Shown here piece after piece: positions 19,727-27,265 of a stretch of 64,000 bases of DNA (its first letter is position 1; every line of letters begins with the position of its first letter). Below the pieces are notes generated by a model. That model was not told the DNA's origin and ran no database searches. It saw only the letters and a list, made by a program, of their open reading frames with translations. The translations under genes were made by a program, and so were the position numbers. The stretch is from a virus: the IMG/VR virus record IMGVR_UViG_3300042886_000261, positions 1 to 64,000 of that record; one strand, 5' to 3'.

Positions 19727-21376
19727 TTAAAAATTTGGTAATGTTAATAATGGTTCTATTTCTAAATTATTTGTTGCATATTTATATAGAACTACATTTG
19801 AAACCGCAACATTTGAAATACTATTTTTTATTCCTAATGAAGGAGTAAAAGCATTAGAGTTAATTAAAAATCCACCTAATCCTGTTAAAACACAATCTGT
19901 TCTTAATAAATTTACTTCAGTTGCTGTTGCACTAACATTTATCATATCAATAGCAGCAACATCTTCTTGTAAAAATTGACATCCAATCATGTTTAATTTT
20001 GCTGAATTTCCAACTTGAAAAGCTGCTGTTACAGTACCTAATTGTTTAATGATTCTACATTTATTAAATAATATTTGTAAAGATTGAACAGCACTCATAA
20101 GAGTAGTAGTTCCTTTAAATGTAGGACTATTAAATATAATTTTTGTACTACTACTATTAAGTGCAGTACCACCATTACCACCTCCTAGATTTATATTACC
20201 ATTAAATGTAAGTGTATCATCATAACCTAATAAAATATAACTAAGCAAAGCTGTATTATTTCCTGCTTCAAAAAGTACATCCCCATTAACTATACATTCA
20301 AATCCTAAAGCAGAACCTTGTATTCTAAAAGCATATTTAGGATATGAAGCACCTGCAGTTTTAAATAACCATGATGGCGCAGTCATAACAATTTTACCAA
20401 TTGATGGTTGAGCTCCATTTGCAACAACAGCAATAATTGCATAAGTAAATTCAACTTGTGTTTTACATGTAAAATTAAAATTTGTAAGACCTCTAGTTGT
20501 AATATCATAAGCTGTAGTACCAAATATACATTTATCTAGTACAACAGTAACTGTAGACCATCCATTACTTGGTATAACACTAATACCCCTATTACCATAT
20601 CCTGCAGTTTTAATTAATGAATGAGCTTCAATATAAACATCTGTAGCGTAAAGACCAGTGTAAAGTGTAGCATTTTGAATAAATTGTCCATATCCTAACA
20701 CTATTGCTTTAACAGTAGTAATCTCATCAAAAAAACCACCTGATGTGAATATTACTCCTGGTTCACAATAAGTAATTATATTAGTTCTTAAAGTTACAGC
20801 TACTCCATATTCACCACTTCTTAAGTATATACAACCTGGGGAGGTTTCAGATACTCCAAATGCAATTAATGCTAATTGAGCTTCAAGAATATTGAAGAAA
20901 GGTTTACCTTCATTTCCTAAAACAGCAGTTGAATCATCACCATGTACTAAATCTACAAAAGCATAATGAGTATGAAGAACTGCACTAACTGAAACTAAAG
21001 GATTTCCAGAAGTTCCATCTCCTGTAACTGTAACTCCATCAACTGCAATATTAACTATTGGGTTTAAAGGATCTGTGTTATCTGTATCTAATCCAGTAAC
21101 TGAAGCAACACCAGTACTAGTATAATTAGGAATGTTTAATACTGTACCAATTAATGTTGATACTCCTGATGTACCTGTTGTAGTTAAAGTAAAAGGGAAT
21201 GGTAATAAAGGAGCAATACTATTAGCTAAATTAGTTGTAGTAATTAATGCTGGCTCATAGTGTCCACCAAAGTTTGGATTTCTAACACCAATGGTAAATA
21301 AATCACTTGCTTCTAAAAGTGTTTTTATTTTCCCTGCTTTAATCAGTGGAGAAAAATTAGTTAAATTATTTAACAT
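19727..21376 (-). CDS. Tail spike/fibre with parallel beta-helix-like region (likely start MLNNLTNF at 21376)
   Basis: FVDLVHGDDSTAVLGNEGKPF...IYLRSGEY beta-helix cap motif; A-rich leader favours the internal ATG over the track start at 21412. Confidence 0.65.
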   Translation of the reverse strand: MLNNLTNFSPLIKAGKIKTLLEASDLFTIGVRNPNFGGHYEPALITTTNLANSIAPLLPFPFTLTTTGTSGVSTLIGTVLNIPNYTSTGVASVTGLDTDNTDPLNPIVNIAVDGVTVTGDGTSGNPLVSVSAVLHTHYAFVDLVHGDDSTAVLGNEGKPFFNILEAQLALIAFGVSETSPGCIYLRSGEYGVAVTLRTNIITYCEPGVIFTSGGFFDEITTVKAIVLGYGQFIQNATLYTGLYATDVYIEAHSLIKTAGYGNRGISVIPSNGWSTVTVVLDKCIFGTTAYDITTRGLTNFNFTCKTQVEFTYAIIAVVANGAQPSIGKIVMTAPSWLFKTAGASYPKYAFRIQGSALGFECIVNGDVLFEAGNNTALLSYILLGYDDTLTFNGNINLGGGNGGTALNSSSTKIIFNSPTFKGTTTLMSAVQSLQILFNKCRIIKQLGTVTAAFQVGNSAKLNMIGCQFLQEDVAAIDMINVSATATEVNLLRTDCVLTGLGGFLINSNAFTPSLGIKNSISNVAVSNVVLYKYATNNLEIEPLLTLPNF

Positions 21377-21457
21377 GATATTTATTTTTAGTTTAATGTA
21401 AAAATACCACAAACATATTATATCTGTGGTATTTATATTTTTTTATTTTTTTTTTAA

Positions 21458-21694
21458 TTACGGTACTATTGGTGCAGGTACTTTTGTAGTTAAAATATCA
21501 CCTGATATACTATCACGGAAATATACTCCTAATCCAAATTCATTGTATACGTCAGTATTATTATATGAATTAACAAAAAAATCATATATTGCAGTTAATG
21601 CTACTGCTTTTTCATCTAATGATACTGAGTTATTCATCAATACTGATGCGTATACTTTAATATCTGCTTCTTTTAATGCTATTGGTGCTGCCAT
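21458..21694 (-). CDS. Hypothetical protein
   Basis: 78 aa with A-rich leader; preferred over the antisense ORF. Confidence 0.6.
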   Translation of the reverse strand: MAAPIALKEADIKVYASVLMNNSVSLDEKAVALTAIYDFFVNSYNNTDVYNEFGLGVYFRDSISGDILTTKVPAPIVP

Positions 21695-21725
21695 TTTATT
21701 TATTTTTTATAGTTAATTAATTTAT

Positions 21726-21848
21726 TTATACTTTATCTTTTTTAATATATTCACTTTGTTTTTGTTTAAAAACTTCCATAGCTTTTTTTGTCACATCTGC
21801 TCCATACTTTTTTAATAAAAAAGCGGTTACTCTATTTTCTTTTTCCAT
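21726..21848 (-). CDS. Small basic protein (40 aa)
   Basis: Not in track; MEKENRVTAFLLKKYGADV...KDKV*, preceded by AAAAATT leader. Confidence 0.5.
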   Translation of the reverse strand: MEKENRVTAFLLKKYGADVTKKAMEVFKQKQSEYIKKDKV

Positions 21849-21863
21849 AATTTTTAAGTTTTA

Positions 21864-22493
21864 TTAATTAATAAATTCTACTGTTTCATCTTCAGGTATT
21901 GCTATTGTAAAATCAATATTTACTTGAGCTTTAAATGGAGTAGCTGCTGCCATTACTAAAGTATACCAATGATCTTGTATAGTACTAATTGTATTATCAT
22001 CTGCTATAAGAGCATTTGTTGTTGAAATTAAATTACCTGCATTATTAGCTACTAAAACATTAAAGTTCATTGCAGAAGCAACAGTGTCATATATATTAGT
22101 ATTTTCTGCTAAGATTACTGTATCTTCTCTTACTCTAAATGAAGTATTAGAACCTGAAACAACTCCAATAAGCAGAGCATATGAACTTGAACCTGTAAGA
22201 TCAGCAATACCTTGTATTCTATATCTTTTAAGTACAGTACCATTTTTCTTAGTTATTGTACCACCTATTGCAGTCATAGTAGCTTGAACTGTTGGTTCAA
22301 TTGAACCTTGTACAAAGGTTACTGAAGGATCTGAAACTACAGCAGCAAAGTCAGCAACTGAAATAGTACCAGCTAAGTAGTCATCATCTCTACGTCCATC
22401 TTTAAGACCTAATGGTATTACTGTTTTAGCAGGGTCTACTGTTGTTACTATTCTCTTACCTTTAATCCAACTTATAAAATTTAATATATCCAT
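21864..22493 (-). CDS. Structural/decoration protein, paralog of 22698..23369
   Basis: Shared N-terminus MDILNFISWIK.KR..TT and RDD.YL. Confidence 0.6.
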   Translation of the reverse strand: MDILNFISWIKGKRIVTTVDPAKTVIPLGLKDGRRDDDYLAGTISVADFAAVVSDPSVTFVQGSIEPTVQATMTAIGGTITKKNGTVLKRYRIQGIADLTGSSSYALLIGVVSGSNTSFRVREDTVILAENTNIYDTVASAMNFNVLVANNAGNLISTTNALIADDNTISTIQDHWYTLVMAAATPFKAQVNIDFTIAIPEDETVEFIN

Positions 22494-22509
22494 GTTATTT
22501 ATTTTATGT

Positions 22510-22680
22510 TTATGCTCTAGTAAATAAATTTGCTTTTATTTCATTAGCTTTTTTTCTAATTTCTGCTTGACGTTTTTTGTCTCCTTTTACTTCTTCTTTA
22601 GCTGCTTTAGCTGCTTGAGCTTTAGTAAGTTTTACAGCAACTGGTTTACTCCATCCTGCTAGTTTATTAAATAATCCCAT
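22510..22680 (-). CDS. Small K/A-rich basic protein (56 aa)
   Basis: Not in track; MGLFNKLAGWSKPVAVKLTKAQAAKAAKEE...TRA*. Confidence 0.55.
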   Translation of the reverse strand: MGLFNKLAGWSKPVAVKLTKAQAAKAAKEEVKGDKKRQAEIRKKANEIKANLFTRA

Positions 22681-22697
22681 GATTAATATTTTTTAAA

Positions 22698-23369
22698 TTA
22701 GTATATAATAAAATTTATTTCTTCACCTTCAATAGTTAAGAACTCATATTCAAATGAAACTTTAGCATCAATACCATCAATACCAGCAGTAGCCGCATCT
22801 ATTACTAAATACAAATCTACTTCAGTTGGAGAATAATTATCTAATGCAATAGTCATATATTCTGCAGGAATTCTAGCACCACTATTATCATCTGTTACAA
22901 ATGCACCATTTGCAAAAGCAGATGCAAGTGATGATGGTGTTAATCCATTAGAAGTTACTGACCCAGATGTTTTCCATGGCAAATTAAAATTAAGACCATT
23001 AAGACATTGTATTGTACCAATGTATTCTACAATACTATTATCTGCAATAAGATCATATGATCCACCTATTTTTTGACCAACTAGATTTGCTGCAAATGCT
23101 GTAGGAAAAGCAGGAGTATCTTCAATTCTTGTACAAGTTTTAATCATTGATGGTGTAATGATCCAAGGATAATCATCTAAGATACCTGTTTTATAAGTAC
23201 TATTAGCTTGACAACCTGCAGCAACTGCATCATTTAATGTCATTGCTACTGTAAGATATTTGTCATCTCTTTTTCTTGAGGGCGCACCTACAGCAACTAA
23301 AGATCCATCTGGAGGTGTAGTAGTTACACGCTTTGCTTTGATCCAGGAAATAAAATTTAAAATGTCCAT
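22698..23369 (-). CDS. Structural/decoration protein, paralog of 21864..22493
   Basis: Shared N-terminus; first gene behind a TATATTA promoter. Confidence 0.6.
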   Translation of the reverse strand: MDILNFISWIKAKRVTTTPPDGSLVAVGAPSRKRDDKYLTVAMTLNDAVAAGCQANSTYKTGILDDYPWIITPSMIKTCTRIEDTPAFPTAFAANLVGQKIGGSYDLIADNSIVEYIGTIQCLNGLNFNLPWKTSGSVTSNGLTPSSLASAFANGAFVTDDNSGARIPAEYMTIALDNYSPTEVDLYLVIDAATAGIDGIDAKVSFEYEFLTIEGEEINFIIY

Positions 23370-23396
23370 GATTATTTTTTTTATATATATATACTA

Positions 23397-23403
23397 TAAT
23401 ATA
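23397..23403 (-). promoter_or_regulatory. Putative late promoter motif TATATTA
   Basis: Found about 23-31 nt upstream of structural operon heads: 1511-1517, 11225-11231, 19329-19335 and 23397-23403. Confidence 0.45.
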
Positions 23404-23417
23404 CAAAATAATTATAT

Positions 23418-23505
23418 AAAAAACAAAATCCCAGATTAATTTTCTGGGATTTCCTTACCTAGCTAGTCGAATAAATAGTCTAATACTGAGAATAATAGTT
23501 TAGCT
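23418..23505 (-). ncRNA. Putative small RNA A
   Basis: TATATTG-like promoter at ~23510-23516, no ORF, ends in UAGGUAAGG plus a 10-bp terminator hairpin and U-tract shared with sRNA C. Confidence 0.45.
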
Positions 23506-23531
23506 GTTGCAATATATAAATAATATTTTAA

Positions 23532-23753
23532 TTAGATATACTTTTTTAATTTTTTATTTCTAATTTTTTTTGTCTTATGTATACTTTTTCTAGCAGAGGT
23601 TCTAGCATTAACCATTTTGTTTTTAACTCTTAGGTCTTCCTTGAATACAATCTTATTACGCATTGCCATATCATCATTGTGACTCCCTCCTTGATTATAG
23701 TTAGGACCAACTGATGCACATGAATACAATAATAATATCAAGAACCATTTCAT
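23532..23753 (-). CDS. Small lipoprotein
   Basis: MKWFLILLLYSC lipobox; basic tail. Confidence 0.55.
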   Translation of the reverse strand: MKWFLILLLYSCASVGPNYNQGGSHNDDMAMRNKIVFKEDLRVKNKMVNARTSARKSIHKTKKIRNKKLKKYI

Positions 23754-24064
23754 TTCTTTAACTCAGCTATTCTTCTTTTTAAATATACTTCAGCTTTTTC
23801 CAGATCCTCTAACTCTTTAGTAGCATCTTTTTTTCCAGCACGTGCCAGATATTTAATTACATTACCTAAGTAAAAATCTTTATCAAGTCCCCATGCTTCT
23901 AGTACGTTGAATACTTCATATACATTTCCATCACCACCATAGTGTTCTGGTCTTAGTACAGGCTTAGGAGTTGTGTACTTAAAAGAGTTTGGTAATGCAT
24001 TATCATAATATCTATTCTTAGATTTCTCATTATAGAGATCACAAAGTTTATTCATATCTACCAT
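23750..24064 (-). CDS. DUF3310-like phage protein
   Basis: PEHYGG...FYLGNVIKYLARAGKK...EDLEKAEVYL. Confidence 0.85.
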   Translation of the reverse strand: MVDMNKLCDLYNEKSKNRYYDNALPNSFKYTTPKPVLRPEHYGGDGNVYEVFNVLEAWGLDKDFYLGNVIKYLARAGKKDATKELEDLEKAEVYLKRRIAELKK

Positions 24065-24348
24065 ACTATTGCAATGTCATATTCACTTACCATCAACTTA
24101 ATACCTCCGTCAACTTCAATAGCTTCTGCATTCTTGATAGCATTAACACCAATGTAAACTACATCACCTGCCTCTAAAGTTTTAACTTCTTCACCAACTG
24201 CATACACTGTTAACTTGGTCCACTTCTTCATGTCCTCAGCATCCATGTGTGCTTTGTCAGCTTCACTTAATTCAATCACAGATTCTTTTCTTTCTGGCTG
24301 ACTGATTAATACTCTACGTCCTTTAAGACTTTTAATTGCTTTACTCAT
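24058..24348 (-). CDS. groES: GroES-like co-chaperonin
   Basis: LKGRRVLI...VYAVGEEV..LEAGDVVY...MVSEYDIAIV resembles Cpn10. Confidence 0.75.
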   Translation of the reverse strand: MSKAIKSLKGRRVLISQPERKESVIELSEADKAHMDAEDMKKWTKLTVYAVGEEVKTLEAGDVVYIGVNAIKNAEAIEVDGGIKLMVSEYDIAIVW

Positions 24349-24409
24349 AATACTATGTTTTAATTATCCAGTAAAGATAATAAATTTATTAAACAATTAA
24401 AGTTTAAAC

Positions 24410-24497
24410 AAAAAAATAAGTCTAGAATTTTACATCTAGACTTACCCTGATAACCAATCAAAACAATAACCATTATAAATCGCAAAACAATAATGAT
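24410..24497 (-). ncRNA. Putative small RNA B
   Basis: TATATTTG promoter 24502-24509; GGUAAG running into a 10-bp terminator taagtctaga/tctagactta plus U-tract; no ORF. Confidence 0.5.
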
Positions 24498-24513
24498 ATC
24501 ACAAATATAAGTA

Positions 24514-24777
24514 TTATTCAAATACCTTATACATCCTATTAAATTTTTTTTCTGGCATGAGTGAAAATGTACCGGCCCAATCCTGTATCACATAGTCCCC
24601 CGGTACTAATCTAATTTCACCATTATCAGTAGTGAGAAAAAAGCTATCAAATTTATGATTGATATAATTAATATGTCCCTCAAAATTCTCATATCCGGAA
24701 ATCTTAATAGCACATTCTTCTGTACCATCATACTGTATAGCCTCAATACTCTTAGGCCTTTCTCTATATAACTGCAT
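24514..24777 (-). CDS. Conserved phage protein (IEAIQYDG...PGDYV family)
   Basis: Motif pattern common in phages; own TATCTTTG promoter. Confidence 0.7.
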   Translation of the reverse strand: MQLYRERPKSIEAIQYDGTEECAIKISGYENFEGHINYINHKFDSFFLTTDNGEIRLVPGDYVIQDWAGTFSLMPEKKFNRMYKVFE

Positions 24778-24809
24778 AATAAATAATTTTAAGATACAAA
24801 GATAATAAT

Positions 24810-24882
24810 AAAAACAAAATCCCCAGACATGTGCCCAGGGATTTCCTTACCTAACTAAATAAATTTAAAAAAATTTATGATA
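24810..24882 (-). ncRNA. Putative small RNA C
   Basis: TATATTTG promoter 24887-24894 right behind a terminator; no upstream ORF; 3' end shares 16 nt (TAGGTAAGGAAATCCC) and GGGATTTTGTTTTT with sRNA A. Confidence 0.55.
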
Positions 24883-24898
24883 CATGCAAATATACAAT

Positions 24899-25030
24899 AA
24901 AAAAACCCAGGTAGTAATTCTTGATCAGAGAAACTTTCCTGGGGGTAGTAAAGTTATAGACATTGTCCTTTCCCTTACTAAGAAGTCCAAACCTGGGACG
25001 CTGATCTTACGGGAAGCGTGTCTGGCACCT
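24899..25030 (-). ncRNA. Putative structured small RNA D
   Basis: TATATTTG promoter 25035-25042; GC-rich stems AGACA/TGTCT, CGCT/AGCG, TCCC/GGGA; CCCAGG/CCTGGG terminator plus U-tract. Confidence 0.55.
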
Positions 25031-25221
25031 AATACAAATATAAAACAATTCCCCGGGAATACACCTTACCTATAATAAATAAATACGGAGGTAGATTTAG
25101 TATATGCAGTAAGATGTAGTGGACCCTCCATAGCAAACCCCCCGGCCCTTCAGGCCTAGCTGGTACCCCCCATTGTTTAAAGGAATTCAGCTCACAACCA
25201 TTATGAAAAATACTAAAAATT

Positions 25222-25419
25222 ATGAGAACAGATATTAGAATTGTACTTGTGTTGGTGGATCCAACACTTGCTACTGCTGCACCTGAAGGTGCTAGAGTTA
25301 TTGCTATGAGCCAAGCTCAAGCAATGATCAACACCTGGATAACACAAGGTGTTCTTGTTAAATATAAAGTTGGCCCTTGTAATGACCACTTATTATTTGA
25401 GATTATAAGAACTAAGTAA
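25222..25419 (+). CDS. Early hypothetical protein
   Basis: A-rich leader; followed by terminator taagggt/accctta. Confidence 0.6.
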   Translation: MRTDIRIVLVLVDPTLATAAPEGARVIAMSQAQAMINTWITQGVLVKYKVGPCNDHLLFEIIRTK

Positions 25420-25433
25420 GGGTTATACCCTTA

Positions 25434-25488
25434 TTTTTTTCTTGCCTGCGGCAGCTTTTATTTATTCAGCTCTAAACTATTAGGGATA
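25434..25488 (+). repeat. Early-region repeat copy (triloop hairpin + CAGCT..ATTCAGCT..AAACT..GGGATA)
   Basis: Near-identical to 25953-26004; partial copy at 25144-25193. Confidence 0.8.
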
Positions 25489-25517
25489 TAAATGTTTAAT
25501 TAATTAAATTTAGAGTT

Positions 25518-25844
25518 ATGGAAACTGTTAAAGACCCAATTGCGGTTTGTACTATTAAAAGTATAGACGCAGAAATCAGTATCAATACCAATGGTAAAAG
25601 ATACAAAAAAGTAACTTTAATCACTGCTTCAGGGAAACCTGCTAGAGGAGTGATTTATGAAGTTGTGTGGGATAAAGTATCTCAGGGAGATGAAGTAAAT
25701 GTGGCGTTATCCTTAATGGATGATAACAAAACACTTATCCCAAGTGTATTAGGATTACCAATGGAATCATTATCATATGATGATTTTGGTATCACTGCAC
25801 CTGCACCTGCTGTTAAAGATGATATGGAAAACCCATTCTCTTAA
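25518..25844 (+). CDS. OB-fold/SSB-like early protein
   Basis: Beta-rich (NGKRYKKVTL) with acidic DDMENPFS tail. Confidence 0.5.
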   Translation: METVKDPIAVCTIKSIDAEISINTNGKRYKKVTLITASGKPARGVIYEVVWDKVSQGDEVNVALSLMDDNKTLIPSVLGLPMESLSYDDFGITAPAPAVKDDMENPFS

Positions 25845-25855
25845 CACGGAAGAAT

Positions 25856-25892
25856 AAACCCTTACCTTAATAGGTAGGGGTTTATTATTTTT
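25856..25892 (+). terminator. Intrinsic terminator
   Basis: aaacccttacc/ggtaggggttt hairpin plus T-tract. Confidence 0.7.
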
Positions 25893-25952
25893 ATTCCCAT
25901 TGTAGTTAAATGTATTACTGTGTTTGATATACTGTGTATGATGCACTATGTA

Positions 25953-26004
25953 TTTTTTCTTGGCTTTGCCAGCTTTATTATTCAGCTTTAAACTGTAGGG
26001 GATA
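25953..26004 (+). repeat. Early-region repeat copy
   Basis: Matches 25434-25488 with a covarying hairpin stem. Confidence 0.8.
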
Positions 26005-26470
26005 GTAGTGTTGGTAAATTATGTGGTCTATTGATATAAAGATATAATGTCATTTAACTACATGGTCTTATTATATATACTTAGTCAGATGCATTAAGTA
26101 TAAGTTGACAGTAATGTTGTATTTATATTAATCATATTGACAGTCTCACACCGGTACTTGTAGTCAAATTGATTATATTATAGGTGATGTTAGTTATGTT
26201 GTAGGTAATGTTGTAACATGCTGGTAGTTAAATAGTTATGTGGATATAATTTGTGTGAGAATGTGTGAGATAAAGTAGTTGACAGTCAAACACCCACCTA
26301 AACTAATGCTTTAACTCACATCTGTAACTACCTGATTAGGCTATATCTATATTAATATATGGCTAAATCATGAACTTAGTCTACTCACTCACATTACAAT
26401 ACTATATTCTTATCTATTAGTTAGTAGGAGAGTATAATAGCTATTGAATCCGGAATCTTAATAAATTTAA

Positions 26471-26683
26471 AATAGTAATGTACCATTCTCACTTCCCAAG
26501 GGTGAGCAGTTGTAATACACATATAGACTCAGTTGAAACCTCCAAAGGCTCCCTTAAAAAGCCCAATAGAATATTTGGTAAATACTGTTTAAAATGGTGT
26601 ATGTAACATGTCTGTGATAGACTCTTTAATTAGAGAACTAAAACATCAGCTTATGTATTACAACTGAGTACAGAGGGATTATT
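26471..26683 (+). ncRNA. Twister-like self-cleaving ribozyme (type P1) with ~135-nt insert in P5
   Basis: P1 aatag/ttatt; UAA cleavage loop 26476-78; P2 tgta/taca; P4 ctcac/gtgag with loop (t)TCCC-AA-GG; T1 TCCC/GGGA; T2 CC/GG; GA after P2'; 13-bp P5. Confidence 0.65.
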
Positions 26684-26684
26684 A

Positions 26685-27225
26685 CCGTGATGTCCTGTTT
26701 GGGTTCTTGAATACACGTAAAAACTGAAGAACATCCTATCCAGTAAGTTGCTGGCGTTGGCTCACCATAACAGACAAGTGAGAAATTAAATGTAGGTGAC
26801 AACCATTAACCAAAGAGGATCTTTGGGGTTACGCTGAACAGATTGACAAAGTCTTTAGTATCATAAATCGGGGATGCCCAGTTCAGTATTGATACACTAC
26901 ATTTTAATAACATAGTCCTATGCACCTTAACCAATAAAAGCTAAGGGACTTAATCCGTTAAACAAAGGTGGTTAGCAATAACCAGTATATAAGGAGTGTT
27001 ATTATTATATGATTCAAGACAATCAATCCTGAAGAGGATTTGTCAGGAGAAATTCATAAGGCTGAACAATAGTTCAGTATATAAACTTATGATGTCTAGC
27101 CTGATATAAACAAGCAGAGTACATTGTACTAACTTATCTGTGCTTTTGGAGTTAGCTACCAAGGGTGGGAACGGGGAACAGAGTGTGTAGATATTCCATG
27201 GGTCTACACCTGCTTGTTTATTTTT
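26685..27225 (+). ncRNA. Multi-domain structured non-coding RNA region
   Basis: No ORF in the track, GC-elevated, many nested inverted repeats (e.g. 26788-95/26897-904, 27054-60/27086-92, 27106-17/27210-21). Confidence 0.55.
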
Positions 27226-27265
27226 ATTAACTGAAAAATTATTAACTGAAACTAAAACTGAAAAG

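Noticed and set aside
12179-23369. Diversity-generating retroelement acting on tail fibres
   Set aside because: No reverse transcriptase and no TR/VR pair seen in the window.
23462-23505. sRNA A target at the start of the VWA gene (~48775-48791) and sRNA C target before MoxR (~49951)
   Set aside because: Matches are short or low-complexity A/T runs and cannot be told from chance without computation.
24884-25075. Plus-strand 63-aa ORF
   Set aside because: Overlies minus-strand promoter/terminator units and has no protein-like features.
23418-26004. CRISPR array
   Set aside because: Repeats are few, irregularly spaced and separated by genes, promoters and terminators; no cas genes.
26914-26970. 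HDV-like/theta ribozyme
   Set aside because: Crossing helices are present but there is no UCC-type L3, P1.1 or catalytic J4/2 context.
27029-27055. Hammerhead ribozyme (CTGAAGA...GAAA; also near 26724)
   Set aside because: Stems II and III do not pair in the required register; CTGAAGA sits in a simple hairpin.
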